Shown piece after piece: positions 1-10,314 of a stretch of 64,000 nucleotides of DNA (its first letter is position 1; each line of letters starts with the position of its first letter). The stretch lies in NCBI GenBank assembly GCA_965202665.1, contig OZ241841.1, positions 576,001 to 640,000 on the forward strand. The letters run 5' to 3'. The DNA is from Candidatus Spongiisociaceae bacterium. Lineage in GTDB: Bacteria > Actinomycetota > Acidimicrobiia > Spongiisociales > Spongiisociaceae. The position numbers were made by a program, and so were the translations under genes. The notes below the pieces were generated by a model. It did no database searches. It was given only the letters and a program-made list of their open reading frames with translations, and had not been told where the DNA came from.

Positions 1-1602
1 CTCCCGAACCACCTTTTTGTCGAATTTGCCGGTGCCGGTCTTGGGAATTTCGTCCGCGAACAGGTAACGGTCCGGCATCCACCATTTCGCCACCTTGCCT
101 TCCATGAACTGCTCCAATTGTTCCGCGGACACCTCCCGGTCGGGCAGGGTCACCACCACCGCCAGCGGACGCTCCTGCCATCTGTGGTGTTTGATCCCCA
201 CCACCGCCGCCTCCGCCACCGCCGGATGCCCCATAATCAGGTTCTCCAGGTCGATGGTGGAAATCCACTCCCCGCCCGATTTGATCATGTCTTTGGAGCG
301 GTCGGTGATGCGGATGTAGCCTTCGGGGGTGATTTTGCACACGTCCCCGGTGCGCAGCCACCCGCCGGCCATGGTTTCGGCGCTGCGCGGATCCCGGTAA
401 TACTCGGCGGCGATCCACGGCCCCTGAATCAGCAGTTCCCCGCAGGCCTCCCCGTCCCAGGGAAGTTCCGCCCCCTCCTCGTCCACTATTTTCACCCGCA
501 GGCCGGGGATGGGCAGACCCGCCGTTTCCAGGAAATCCAACTGCCGCTCCCACTCCCAGTCCTCCATATCGGGGCGGAGGTTGGCTACCGCCGCCACCGG
601 GTTGGTTTCGGTCATCCCCCATCCCTGCACCACCCGGATTCCCCGGTTTTTCCAAAACCAGTCGATCATCGCCCGGGGCACGGCCGAGCCGCCGCACAGG
701 AAAGAATGGATGGAGGAGGTGTCCCGCTCCGGATGGTCGGCCAGGTAGTTCTGCACCCCCAGCCACACGGTGGGAACCCCCGCCGAGAACGTGACCCGCT
801 CCTGCTCGATCAGCCCCACCAAGGCGGCGGCGGACATGTCATGGCCGGGATAGGTGAGTTTGGCCCCGGCGGCGGTGGCCATAAACGGATATCCCCAACC
901 GGCGGCGTGGAACATCGGCACCACCGGCATCAGGTTGTCGGCCGCCCCCAGCGGCTTGCAGGCGATGCCGGAGATGGTGTGCAGATAGGTGGAACGTTGC
1001 GTGTAGGCCACGCCTTTCGGGTTGCCGGTGGTGCCGGAGGTGTAGCAGAACATATGCGGGGACCGCTCGTCCAACTCCGGCCAGGGGCCTTGGTGCGGGG
1101 GGGCGTCGGCCAGCAACTCCTCGTAGGAAAGGACGCCGGGGAGGGAAACGTCGGCGGGGCCGCCGTCCAGCACCACCCAGTTGCGCACCCCGGGCAAATC
1201 TCCCGCCAAAGGCTCCAGGACGCCGGCCAGGTTGCGGTCCAGGAAAATGACTTCATCTTCGGCGTGGTTGATGATGTAGCGGAGCTGGTCGGCGAACAGG
1301 CGGATGTTGAGGGTGTGGCAGATGCGGCCGGTGTTGGCGGTGGCCCAATAGAGTTCATGGTGGCGGAACGTGTTCCAGGCGAAGGTGCCCACCACCCCGC
1401 CCCGCTCCACCCCCAGGCCCTCCAAGGCCGAAGCCAACCTCCGCACCCGCTGGTCGACGGCCCCGTAGGAGGTGCGGCGGAGGGAGCCGTCCGCCTCCAC
1501 CGAAACGATCTCCCGATCCGGGAAAATGCGGGCCGACCGCTCGTAGAGCGTGGACAGCAACAGCGGGAAGTCCATCATATGCGGAGGCCGTTTACCGCTC
1601 AT
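1..1602 (-). CDS. Long-chain fatty acid--CoA ligase (AMP-binding, AlkK/FadK-like); 3' end runs off the window
   Basis: Manual minus-strand translation from ATG at 1602: MSGKRPPHMMDFPLLL..., AMP-binding YTSGTTGNPKG, VVPMFHAAGWG, C-terminal KVAKWWMPDRYLFADEIPKTGTGKFDKK. Absent from the ORF track because it has no stop in the window. Confidence 0.9.
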   Translation of the reverse strand, partial: MSGKRPPHMMDFPLLLSTLYERSARIFPDREIVSVEADGSLRRTSYGAVDQRVRRLASALEGLGVERGGVVGTFAWNTFRHHELYWATANTGRICHTLNIRLFADQLRYIINHAEDEVIFLDRNLAGVLEPLAGDLPGVRNWVVLDGGPADVSLPGVLSYEELLADAPPHQGPWPELDERSPHMFCYTSGTTGNPKGVAYTQRSTYLHTISGIACKPLGAADNLMPVVPMFHAAGWGYPFMATAAGAKLTYPGHDMSAAALVGLIEQERVTFSAGVPTVWLGVQNYLADHPERDTSSIHSFLCGGSAVPRAMIDWFWKNRGIRVVQGWGMTETNPVAAVANLRPDMEDWEWERQLDFLETAGLPIPGLRVKIVDEEGAELPWDGEACGELLIQGPWIAAEYYRDPRSAETMAGGWLRTGDVCKITPEGYIRITDRSKDMIKSGGEWISTIDLENLIMGHPAVAEAAVVGIKHHRWQERPLAVVVTLPDREVSAEQLEQFMEGKVAKWWMPDRYLFADEIPKTGTGKFDKKVVRE

Positions 1603-1801
1603 CAACCGCCCTCTCCCCGCCCCCTCCGTTGATAATGTTTATCTCGGCGGCATCCTCCGCGGCGCCAAATTTGGGCTTGGTAACGGCGGCCAAAATTCGC
1701 CCTCCCCGATGGCTTCGCTGACCTCGGTTGGATTATAACAGCCGGGGACGGGCCCGCCCGGCGCCAATGGGGAAGGCGGCGGGTTGGTAGAATGGCGGTT
1801 T

Positions 1802-3400
1802 ATGCCCGCCGTGTTCCGAACCGAGTTGACCCCGCTCTCCTTTTTGGAACGGTCTTCCATCGTCTTTCCCAACCAGACGGCCATCCGGGACGGGGAAACC
1901 TCCATCACCTACGCCGAGATGGCGGAAAGCGCCCGCCGCCTGGCCTCCGCCTTGCGGGCCTCCGGGGTGGAACCGGGCGACCGGGTGGCCTACCTGTGCC
2001 CCAACATCCCGGAGATGCTGATCGCCCATTTTGCGGTCCCCCTTATTAAAGCGGTGCTGGTGGCGGTCAACATTCGCCTTTCGCTGGCGGAGATCGCCTA
2101 CATCCTGGACCATTCCGGGGCCAAAATACTGGTCGGGGAATCGGGGTTGCTGGCCGGGTTGGACGGAATTTTGGACGACCGCCCCCGCTTGGAGGAAGTT
2201 TTCGCCGTGGACCGGGGGGGACCGGCGGCGCCGCCCCCCGCCCGCCCCTTCGCCGACCTAACCGCCCGGGACGCGGGGGAGGCCCCGCCCTGGACGGTGG
2301 ACGACGAGGAGCGGGTCATCTCCATCAACTACACCTCCGGCACCACCGGCCGTCCCAAAGGGGTGATGTACACCCACCGGGGGGGCTACCTGAACGCCCT
2401 GAGCGAGATCATCCACTCCGGCCACACCCCCCGTTCGGTGTATCTGTGGACGTTGCCGATGTTTCATTGCAACGGCTGGTGCACCGCCTGGGCGGTTACC
2501 GGAATCGGCGGAACCCATGTTTGCCTGCCCAAAGCGGACCCGTCCCTCATCTGGGATCTGATCGACCGGCGGGGGGTCACCCATCTCAACGCCGCCCCCA
2601 CCGTGCTCATCGACTTGGTGAACGCCCCGCAGGCCCATCCCCTGCCGCAGCCGGTGACCATCACCACCGCCGGGGCCCCGCCCTCCCCCACCCTCATCGA
2701 ATCTTTGGAAAACCTGGGGGCGCGGCTGGTGCACATGTACGGCCTGACCGAAACCTACGGCCCGCACACGGTGTGCGAGATGCAACCGGGGGTGGGGGAA
2801 ATGGAGATGGCGGAACGGGCGGCTTTCCTGTCCCGGCAGGGCGTTTCCATCATCACCGCCGACCCGACGCGGGTGACGGACGAGGCGGGGGCCGACATCG
2901 CCCGGGACGCAACCGCCCTGGGGGAGGTGGTGATGCGGGGCAACAACGTCATGAAAGGCTATTACGAAAACCCGGAGGCCACCGCCGAGGCCTTCCGCGG
3001 GGGCTTCTTCCACTCCGGGGATGTGGCGGTGTGGCATCCGGACGGGTACGTGGACCTGCGGGACCGCTCCAAGGACATCATCATCTCCGGCGGGGAAAAC
3101 ATTTCCACCATCGAGGTGGAGCGGGCCATCGCCAGCCATCCGGCGGTGCTGGAATGCGCGGTGGTGGCCGTCCCCCACGAACGGTGGGGGGAGCGTCCCA
3201 AGGCTTTCGTGGTTCTGAAACGGGGCCACAATGCGCAACCGGAGGCCATCATCGGGCATGTCCGTCTGCATCTGGCCGGGTTCAAAGCCCCCGACGCGGT
3301 GGACATCGTGCCGGAACTGCCTAAAACATCCACCGGCAAAATCCAAAAATACGTCCTGCGCGACCGGGAATGGGCGGGCCGCGACCGCCGCGTCAACTAA
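1802..3400 (+). CDS. Acyl-CoA synthetase (AMP-binding)
   Basis: ELTPLSFLERS N-terminus, YTSGTTGRPKG, LPMFHCNGW, DIIISGGENIS, LPKTSTGKIQK. Confidence 0.92.
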   Translation: MPAVFRTELTPLSFLERSSIVFPNQTAIRDGETSITYAEMAESARRLASALRASGVEPGDRVAYLCPNIPEMLIAHFAVPLIKAVLVAVNIRLSLAEIAYILDHSGAKILVGESGLLAGLDGILDDRPRLEEVFAVDRGGPAAPPPARPFADLTARDAGEAPPWTVDDEERVISINYTSGTTGRPKGVMYTHRGGYLNALSEIIHSGHTPRSVYLWTLPMFHCNGWCTAWAVTGIGGTHVCLPKADPSLIWDLIDRRGVTHLNAAPTVLIDLVNAPQAHPLPQPVTITTAGAPPSPTLIESLENLGARLVHMYGLTETYGPHTVCEMQPGVGEMEMAERAAFLSRQGVSIITADPTRVTDEAGADIARDATALGEVVMRGNNVMKGYYENPEATAEAFRGGFFHSGDVAVWHPDGYVDLRDRSKDIIISGGENISTIEVERAIASHPAVLECAVVAVPHERWGERPKAFVVLKRGHNAQPEAIIGHVRLHLAGFKAPDAVDIVPELPKTSTGKIQKYVLRDREWAGRDRRVN

Positions 3401-3444
3401 CCCCGCCCCGCTCCCCTGCGCCCCCCGAACCCCCGAAACGCGGA

Positions 3445-3480
3445 CAACCCCGAGTGAGCCTGACGGCCCTCTCGGGGTTG
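3445..3480 (+). terminator. Stem-loop downstream of acyl-CoA synthetase (possible terminator)
   Basis: CAACCCCGAG...CTCGGGGTTG 10-bp perfect stem, 45 nt after the stop; no U-tract. Confidence 0.4.
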
Positions 3481-3957
3481 CCGTTGAACCTCGGCCGCCC
3501 GGAGATCCGAAAACCTCTGGGCCGCTCCGGCCCTTTTCGGAAACGGAAAATCCGCCGGTCTCAACCGCGTCCGGTCCAAACCCCTCGTCAGGGGCCGACC
3601 TTCGGAAAACCCGTTCCGAAAGCCCGGTGACCGCTCAGCAAACGGCCTCCGGATCCCGCCTTCGGATCGTTGGGCCGACCCGGAAGCGGGGCCGCCCTCC
3701 GGTCCATTCCTGAACCGGCGGACGAAACCCGAAACCGCAAATCACGGAAACGGCGCCGAAGCACCCTTCCCAAAACCTTTGGTCTCGGACCGGTCGCCCG
3801 GGGCGAACCCCGAATGACCAACGCCCACTTTAGACCCTCCGGGGAGGGAAAACCCCGGTTTCGCTCATTTAGTTTTCGCGTTCTAAAGATTTTTTTCGCG
3901 TTCCTCGGCGCCCTTTTCTCCCTCGCCCCCGCCAAGTAAAACCTTTTGACGCCCCTT

Positions 3958-3979
3958 TGTCCGGACAATGCCGTATAGT
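3958..3979 (+). promoter_or_regulatory. PafBC/RecA-NDp-like promoter
   Basis: TGTCCG-gacaatgccg-TATAGT directly upstream of the RecB-family nuclease. Confidence 0.65.
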
Positions 3980-4011
3980 AAAGCTCGAGAGACCGAAAGG
4001 TGATGGAGAAA

Positions 4012-4872
4012 ATGCCCCCACGAACCGAACCCGGCGGGTCCGCCCCGCGCTCCTACTCCCAAAACGGACTGACCACCCTCTCCCCCTCCCGGGCCAGCGA
4101 CTTCAAGCAGTGCCCGCAACTGTTCAAATTCCGCACCATCGACCGGATCCCCGAACCGCCCAGCGTCCACCAGGCCCGGGGCACCGCCGTGCACATGGCC
4201 CTGGAGCGCCTCTTCGAATACGCGGGCGAAGAACGCACCCGCGACCTGCTGTGCGACCTGTTCTACGAAGCCTGGGAGGAACTGCGCGCCGAATCCGGCT
4301 ACCGCGACCTGTTCGAAACCGAGGAGGAAGAAGCGGAATGGAGCGTGGAAAGCCTGGACGTGATCGACAACTACCTGGCTTTGGAAGACCCGGCCGACAT
4401 CACCCCCCTGGAAAGGGAGATGGGCATGAAAGAATCCTTGGGCGACATGACCATCCTGGGAATCCTGGACCGCATCGAAGAAAACTCAGACGGGGAACTG
4501 ATCATCACCGACTACAAAACGGGGCGCGCCCCGCCGGAACGTTTCATCCGCTCCGCCTTTTTCGCCCTCAAAATCTACGCCCTGCTCATCCGCAACCGCT
4601 TCGGGCGCACCCCGTCCGAAGTGCGCCTGATGTACCTGGGCAGCGGGACCGTCTACTCCCTGCCCATCATGGAACAGGCCTTGGCCGGCATGCTCAAACA
4701 ACTGGAAGCCCTGTGGTACGCCATCAACCGGGCCATACAAACCCAGAACTTCCCCACCCGGCTGCAGCCGCTGTGCAACTGGTGCTCCTACATGGACATC
4801 TGCCCGGCCTTTGAGGATCTGGACCTCAGCCAATGGGCCGGCTACCGCCCGCACGCCGAAGCAAAAACCTAG
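4012..4872 (+). CDS. RecB-family PD-(D/E)XK exonuclease with 4-Cys (Fe-S) motif
   Basis: LSPSRASDFKQCP, GTAVHMALE, GILDRIE..ITDYKTG, LCNWCSYMDICP; start could be 4000, 4003 or 4012. Confidence 0.88.
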   Translation: MPPRTEPGGSAPRSYSQNGLTTLSPSRASDFKQCPQLFKFRTIDRIPEPPSVHQARGTAVHMALERLFEYAGEERTRDLLCDLFYEAWEELRAESGYRDLFETEEEEAEWSVESLDVIDNYLALEDPADITPLEREMGMKESLGDMTILGILDRIEENSDGELIITDYKTGRAPPERFIRSAFFALKIYALLIRNRFGRTPSEVRLMYLGSGTVYSLPIMEQALAGMLKQLEALWYAINRAIQTQNFPTRLQPLCNWCSYMDICPAFEDLDLSQWAGYRPHAEAKT

Positions 4873-6134
4873 GGGTAAACCCCCCGCACCAACTTGGCCC
4901 GCTCCACCCGGCTTATCCCTTTCATCAGGGCCGCGGTCCGCAGATCCACCTTCCGGCGGCGGCTCCACTCCGCCACCTCCTCGAAGGCCCGGATCATAAT
5001 GTCCCGCAGGCGCTCCACGATCTCCCGCTCCGACCAAAAATAGTTTTGAACGTCCTGCACCCATTCGAAGTAGGAGACGGTCACCCCGCCCGCGTTGGCC
5101 AGCACATCCGGCACCAACAGCGCCCCGTTGTCGCGCAGAATCCGGTCCGCCTCCAAAGTGACCGGATTGTTGGCCCCCTCCAAGATCAGTTTGGCGCCGA
5201 TCCGGTCCGCGTTCCCCTTGTGGATGACGCCCCCCACCGCGGCCGGGATGATCACCTCCGACTCCAGCGCGAACAGGTCATCGGGATCCAAAGGATCGGC
5301 CCCGGGGAACCCCTCCACGCCCCCCCGCTCTTTCACATACCGGGCCAGCCGGCCCACCTCGATCCCCTGCCCGTTGTGAATGGCCCCGGTGATGTCGGAA
5401 ATCCCCACCACCCGGCACCCGATTTCGGTGGCGGCGATGGCCGCGTAGCGCCCCACGTTGCCGAATCCCTGCACCACCACCCGGGCGTCGTCCACCTCCA
5501 TCCCCCGCAAGTCGGCCGCGGGCGGCAACAGGCTCACCACGCCCCGGCCGGTGGCTTCGCGCCGGGCCACCGACCCGCCCAACTCCGGGGGTTTGCCGGT
5601 CACCACCGCCGGCACCGTGAAACCCTGATTCTGGCTGTAGGTGTCCATCATCCAAGCCATCACCTGCTCGTCGGTGCCCAAATCGGGGGCGGGAATGTCC
5701 TTCTGCGGGCCGATCATGTTGATGATCTCGGCGGTGTAGCGCCTGGTAACCCGTTGCTTCTCTTGGCGGCTCAGGGAGTTGGCGTCCACGCACACCCCGC
5801 CTTTGGCCCCGCCGAAAGGCAGCCCCACCAGGGCGCATTTCCAAGTCATCAGCATGGCCAAAGCGGCCACCTCCCCCAAGTTCACATCCGGGGCGTAACG
5901 CACCCCCCCTTTGGTGGGCCCCAGGGTGAGCACATGCTGCACCCGGTAACCGAACAGGGTTTGCACCTGCTGGTATTCGTCGCTGCGGTACGGGAAGGAA
6001 ACGGTCAGCGAACGTTGCGGATAGGCCAGGCGCTCCCGGACGTTGTCGTCCATGTTCATCAACTCGGCCACCTGCTGGAATTGGGCGACCGCCTCCTTGT
6101 ACATGGGGGAATCCCAGGCCGCGTCATGCGCCAT
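4869..6134 (-). CDS. gdhA: Glu/Leu/Phe/Val dehydrogenase (glutamate dehydrogenase)
   Basis: GPTKGGVRY, GGAKGG, DIPAPDLGT, ATGRG, VQGFGNVG, NAGGVTVSYFEW. Confidence 0.92.
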   Translation of the reverse strand: MAHDAAWDSPMYKEAVAQFQQVAELMNMDDNVRERLAYPQRSLTVSFPYRSDEYQQVQTLFGYRVQHVLTLGPTKGGVRYAPDVNLGEVAALAMLMTWKCALVGLPFGGAKGGVCVDANSLSRQEKQRVTRRYTAEIINMIGPQKDIPAPDLGTDEQVMAWMMDTYSQNQGFTVPAVVTGKPPELGGSVARREATGRGVVSLLPPAADLRGMEVDDARVVVQGFGNVGRYAAIAATEIGCRVVGISDITGAIHNGQGIEVGRLARYVKERGGVEGFPGADPLDPDDLFALESEVIIPAAVGGVIHKGNADRIGAKLILEGANNPVTLEADRILRDNGALLVPDVLANAGGVTVSYFEWVQDVQNYFWSEREIVERLRDIMIRAFEEVAEWSRRRKVDLRTAALMKGISRVERAKLVRGVYP

Positions 6135-6239
6135 TTTTCGTCGCCTCCTCCCGGCGCCGTCCGGCGCCGCCCGCCAAATTACCCGCCCCGCCCGGCGGAG
6201 GCGGCATTAGCGGCGAGGGCGGCGGGCCCGGCGCTCCGC

Positions 6240-7439
6240 TCACCATTCGGCCACCACCAGGCCGGAGCGGGGTTTGGGGGTGAACCAGGTGGACTTGGGG
6301 GGCATCAGCCGTCCCGCATCCGCCACCGCCAGCAACTGCTCGATGGGAACCGGGCACAGGGCGAATCCCATCACCCGCTCGTCGTCCCGCGCCCGGCGCT
6401 CCAAACGGTCCACCGCATCCGCCCCCACCACCAGCGACAAGCGGGGATCGTCGATCCGGGTCACCCCCAGCGCCGGGCCCAGAATGCGGTCGTGCAGAAG
6501 AGAAACGTCCAAACCTTCCACCGGGTCTTCGGATCGCCCGCCCCTGAACCGGAGCCGGCGCCAGGCCCCGCCGGTAAGCATGCTGATGTCCCCGGGCTGG
6601 GAGGGGCGGGCGGCGGCGGTCCCGATCCACCCCATTCCGGTCACCTCCCAGTCCGGCCCCAGCCGCCGGAAGAAATCGTCCAAATCGGGCTTTTCGTCCA
6701 AGACCACGCACCGGTTGTATTCCAGCACCCGCATCTGGCGGGCCGGGAACATCGCCGCCATGAACCAACCGGGCGCCGCCCCCTCCTCCCGGGAGGCGGC
6801 CACCCGGTGATGGCCGTCCGTCACGTACAAAGAGTCCAGCCCGCCCGCCGCCTCCGCTACCTCCGCCATCTCCTCCGGGTCGTCTACGACCCACAGTTGC
6901 TGGCGGACTTCGTCCCCGGTGGAAAAATCCCGCAACGGAGGGCGGTCGGCCAGCCGGTCCAGCAGGCTCAGCCATTTTCGGTCGGCCCGGAAAGCCAAAG
7001 CCACCGGACTGGACGTGAGACGGGCGGTGCGGTAGAAACCGGTCAAATCCCGGGCCCGGCTTTCGATAATTCCCTCATGGCCTTTGACCCGTCCCTCCGC
7101 CGCCGCCTCCATGCCGACGCCGGCCACCAGCCCGGTCTGCGACCCGCCGCCGTCCGACAACCGGTAGAGGAAAAAGGCGGGGGCCGGATACTCCTCGTAG
7201 AGGCCCCGTTGCTTCATTTGCCGCCAATGCCCGGCGGCCCGTTCCGCCACCGCCGCCGGGTCGGGGCGGGGTTCTGGGAAATCTTCGGCGGACAGGGTGA
7301 TGTTGATGAAACAGTCGGGATGCCGGAGGGCGAAGTCGTATCGTTGGCCGGGCGGGATGGAGTCGTACTGCGGCGCGGTTATTTTGGCCGCCCGTCCCGC
7401 CCGCGCCACCATGGCCCGCAGGGGATGAACCCGTATCAT
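6240..7439 (-). CDS. DUF1015 family protein
   Basis: APQYD, VKGHEG, LYVTDGHHR, LMPPKSTWFTPKPRSGL; ATG at 7439 chosen. Confidence 0.85.
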   Translation of the reverse strand: MIRVHPLRAMVARAGRAAKITAPQYDSIPPGQRYDFALRHPDCFINITLSAEDFPEPRPDPAAVAERAAGHWRQMKQRGLYEEYPAPAFFLYRLSDGGGSQTGLVAGVGMEAAAEGRVKGHEGIIESRARDLTGFYRTARLTSSPVALAFRADRKWLSLLDRLADRPPLRDFSTGDEVRQQLWVVDDPEEMAEVAEAAGGLDSLYVTDGHHRVAASREEGAAPGWFMAAMFPARQMRVLEYNRCVVLDEKPDLDDFFRRLGPDWEVTGMGWIGTAAARPSQPGDISMLTGGAWRRLRFRGGRSEDPVEGLDVSLLHDRILGPALGVTRIDDPRLSLVVGADAVDRLERRARDDERVMGFALCPVPIEQLLAVADAGRLMPPKSTWFTPKPRSGLVVAEW

Positions 7440-7627
7440 AGGGGCCGTCCCGTCTCCGGCTGATCCGGGCGGACCGGGGCATCGGCCAACGCCGCAAACA
7501 TAATCGGCAGGATACCGGCCCGGCCGCCCCAACGCCGCCCGAACCCGTCATTTCAGGCCGGGCCCGCGCGCCGGGCGGTGAAAAGCGGGAGAGAAAGTAA
7601 CATACGAGCAAAACGACTGAGGCGTCC

Positions 7628-10291
7628 GTGAACTCACAATCCCCAATGACGGTCGGCTTCGCCCAAGCCGACCCTGAAAACCGCGCCCTGCTGGGCGGCA
7701 AAGGATCCGGACTGGCGGCCATGACCCAAGCCGGCCTGCCGGTGCCGCCCGGCTTCGTCATCACCACCTCCGCCTGCCGGGACTACTACCGCTCCGGACG
7801 GCGCCTGCCGGACGGCCTGATGGAACAGGCCGCCGGGCAAATGGCGCAACTGGAGGAGGCGGTCGGCAAACAGTTCGGAGGGGGAACCCGTCCGCTGTTG
7901 GTATCGGTCCGGTCGGGGGCCCCGGCCTCCATGCCGGGAATGATGGACACCGTGCTCAACCTGGGAATGAACGGGAAGGCCGCCCAAGCCCTGTCCGACC
8001 TGTCCGGCGACCCCGATTTCGCCTGGGACACCTACCGCCGTTTTTTGCGCGGCTACGCCGAAATAGTGATGGGGGCGAACCCGGCCCTGCTGGACCAGGC
8101 CGGGGAAAACCCCGACCGGGCGGAGCGGCCGCCGGCCGACGTTTCCCGCCGCTGGGCAACCCGTCTGCAAGAAGTCATTCGAACCGAAACCGGGACGTTG
8201 TCGGCCCCTCCGGAGGATCCCTGGGATCAACTGCGGGAAGCGACGGCGGCCGTGTTCGACTCCTGGACGGGCAGGCGGGCGGCGGACTACCGGCGGATGG
8301 AAGGCATTCCCGAAACCTTCTACACCGCGGTCATCGTGCAGGCGATGGTGTTCGGCAACTCCGGCCCCCGGTCGGGCACCGGGGTGGTGTTCAGCCGCAA
8401 CCCGTCCACCGGCGAAAATGCCCTGTGGGGGGAGTTCCTGCCCAACGCGCAAGGCGAAGACGTGGTGGCGGGCCTCCGCACCCCCGGCCCGGCGGCGGCC
8501 CTGGCCGAACGCTCCCCGGCCCTGTTCGGGGAACTGTCCGACCTGGCCGCCCGGCTGGAAAAACATTACCTGGACATGCAGGACATCGAATTCACGGTGG
8601 AGGACGGAAAATTGTGGCTGTTGCAGACCCGTTCCGCCAAAAGAACCGGCCGGGCCGCCCTGCGCAGCGCGGTGGACATGGCCGATGAGGGGCTGATCGA
8701 CCGGGCGGAGGCGGTGCGCCGGGTGACACCGGGCCATTTGGAGGAACTGCTGCATCCGGTGGTGATGCCCCTCCCCGACTCCCGGGAGCTGGCGCGGGGA
8801 CAGCCGGCCTCCCCCGGCGGGGCCACCGGCGAAGCGGTTTTCACCGCCGACGAAGCGGCCGCCCTGGCCGAAGAAGGGCGGGACGTGATCCTGTTCCGGG
8901 AAGAAACCAGCCCGGACGACTTTCACGGAATGGCGGCCGCCCGGGCCATCGTCACCGCCCGGGGCGGAATGACCTCCCACGCGGCGGTAGTGGCCCGGGG
9001 GATGGGCAAATGTTGCGTGGTGGGTTGCGCGGGGATGGCGGTGGACCCGGAAAACGGCCGCTTTCTGACCGCTGAAACCGAAGTGCGGGCCGGGGAAGTG
9101 GTAACCGTAGACGGAACCAACGGGGTGATTTACGCCGGGGAGGTTCCCAAAGCCGACCCCGGGCAGGATGAATACTTCGACCGGTTGCTGGGCTGGGCGG
9201 ACGGCCTGCGTCGGTTGCGGGTGCGTGCCAACGCCGACACTTCGCCGGACGCCCGGACCGCCCGGCGGCTGGGGGCGGAAGGGATCGGCCTGTGCCGCAC
9301 CGAGCATATGTTTTTCGCCAAAGAAGGGGTGGCGGCCATGCGCCGGATGATCATGGCGTCCACCGCCGAAGAGCGGGCCGAGGCCCTCCGCCTGATCGAA
9401 CCGCGGCAGACCGCCGACTTTGCGGGCCTGTTCGCGGAGATGTCGGGGCTGCCGGTCACCATCCGCCTGCTGGACCCGCCTTTGCATGAGTTCCTGCCCG
9501 CCCGGGGGGAAACGGCCTCCGCTTTGGCCGAGCTGGGGCGGAAACTGGAGACTGCGACGGATCCGGTTGAGCGGGAGCGGCTTGAAGCAGAAATCTCCCA
9601 ACGGGAAAATCTGCTGTCCCGAATAGACAGCCTGTCGGAAGCCAATCCCATGTTGGGGCATCGCGGATGCAGGCTGGGGGTGTCGTTTCCGGAAATCACC
9701 GTCATGCAAGCCCGGGCTATTTTCACGGCCGCCGTCCGCAGCCGGCGGGAAGGGTGCGAAGTGGAGCCGGAAATAATGATCCCGCTGGTGGCTTACTCAT
9801 CCGAGTTTGCGCAACAGCGGGTGATCATAGACGGGGTGGCCGCCCAAGTGTTCGCCGCCGAAGGGACGACGGTTGACTACCGGGTGGGGTCCATGATCGA
9901 ACTGCCCCGGGCGGCCCTCACCGCCGGGGAGATAGCCCAAGACGCCCATTTCCTAAGTTTCGGAACCAACGATCTGACTCAGACCACCACCGGTCTCAGC
10001 CGGGATGATTCTTCCCGTTTCCTGCCCGAATACATGCGGCTGGGCATCATCGATGAAGACCCTTTCGAGACGCTGGACGCCACCGGAGTGGGGGCCTTGG
10101 TGGAAATCGGGGTGGAGCGCAGCCGGGCGGCCAACCCGGGCGTCTCCATCGGGGTGTGCGGCGAACACGGCGGCGATCCGTCCTCCATCGCCTTCTTCGA
10201 CCGGCTGGGCATCGACTACGTGTCCTGCTCCCCCTTTCGGGTCCCCATAGCCCGCCTAGCCGCCGCCCACATAACCCTCGCCTCCCGCTAA
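7628..10291 (+). CDS. ppdK: Pyruvate, phosphate dikinase
   Basis: LLGGKG, PLLVSVRSGA..SMPGMMDTVLNLG, GGMTSHAAVVARG, GIGLCRTEHMF, GVCGEHGGDP. Confidence 0.97.
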   Translation: MNSQSPMTVGFAQADPENRALLGGKGSGLAAMTQAGLPVPPGFVITTSACRDYYRSGRRLPDGLMEQAAGQMAQLEEAVGKQFGGGTRPLLVSVRSGAPASMPGMMDTVLNLGMNGKAAQALSDLSGDPDFAWDTYRRFLRGYAEIVMGANPALLDQAGENPDRAERPPADVSRRWATRLQEVIRTETGTLSAPPEDPWDQLREATAAVFDSWTGRRAADYRRMEGIPETFYTAVIVQAMVFGNSGPRSGTGVVFSRNPSTGENALWGEFLPNAQGEDVVAGLRTPGPAAALAERSPALFGELSDLAARLEKHYLDMQDIEFTVEDGKLWLLQTRSAKRTGRAALRSAVDMADEGLIDRAEAVRRVTPGHLEELLHPVVMPLPDSRELARGQPASPGGATGEAVFTADEAAALAEEGRDVILFREETSPDDFHGMAAARAIVTARGGMTSHAAVVARGMGKCCVVGCAGMAVDPENGRFLTAETEVRAGEVVTVDGTNGVIYAGEVPKADPGQDEYFDRLLGWADGLRRLRVRANADTSPDARTARRLGAEGIGLCRTEHMFFAKEGVAAMRRMIMASTAEERAEALRLIEPRQTADFAGLFAEMSGLPVTIRLLDPPLHEFLPARGETASALAELGRKLETATDPVERERLEAEISQRENLLSRIDSLSEANPMLGHRGCRLGVSFPEITVMQARAIFTAAVRSRREGCEVEPEIMIPLVAYSSEFAQQRVIIDGVAAQVFAAEGTTVDYRVGSMIELPRAALTAGEIAQDAHFLSFGTNDLTQTTTGLSRDDSSRFLPEYMRLGIIDEDPFETLDATGVGALVEIGVERSRAANPGVSIGVCGEHGGDPSSIAFFDRLGIDYVSCSPFRVPIARLAAAHITLASR

Positions 10292-10314
10292 CCCGGCCCC
10301 ACCCGCCAGAACCC

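Noticed and set aside
118-1632. Long antisense or alternative-frame ORFs (also 4833-7463, 13155-15590, 45171-48503, 49121-51955)
   Set aside because: Shadow ORFs of real GC-rich genes, with Arg/Pro/Gly-rich translations and no motifs
4012-4872. Cas4 of a CRISPR system
   Set aside because: Stand-alone RecB-family nuclease with no cas1, cas2 or array nearby
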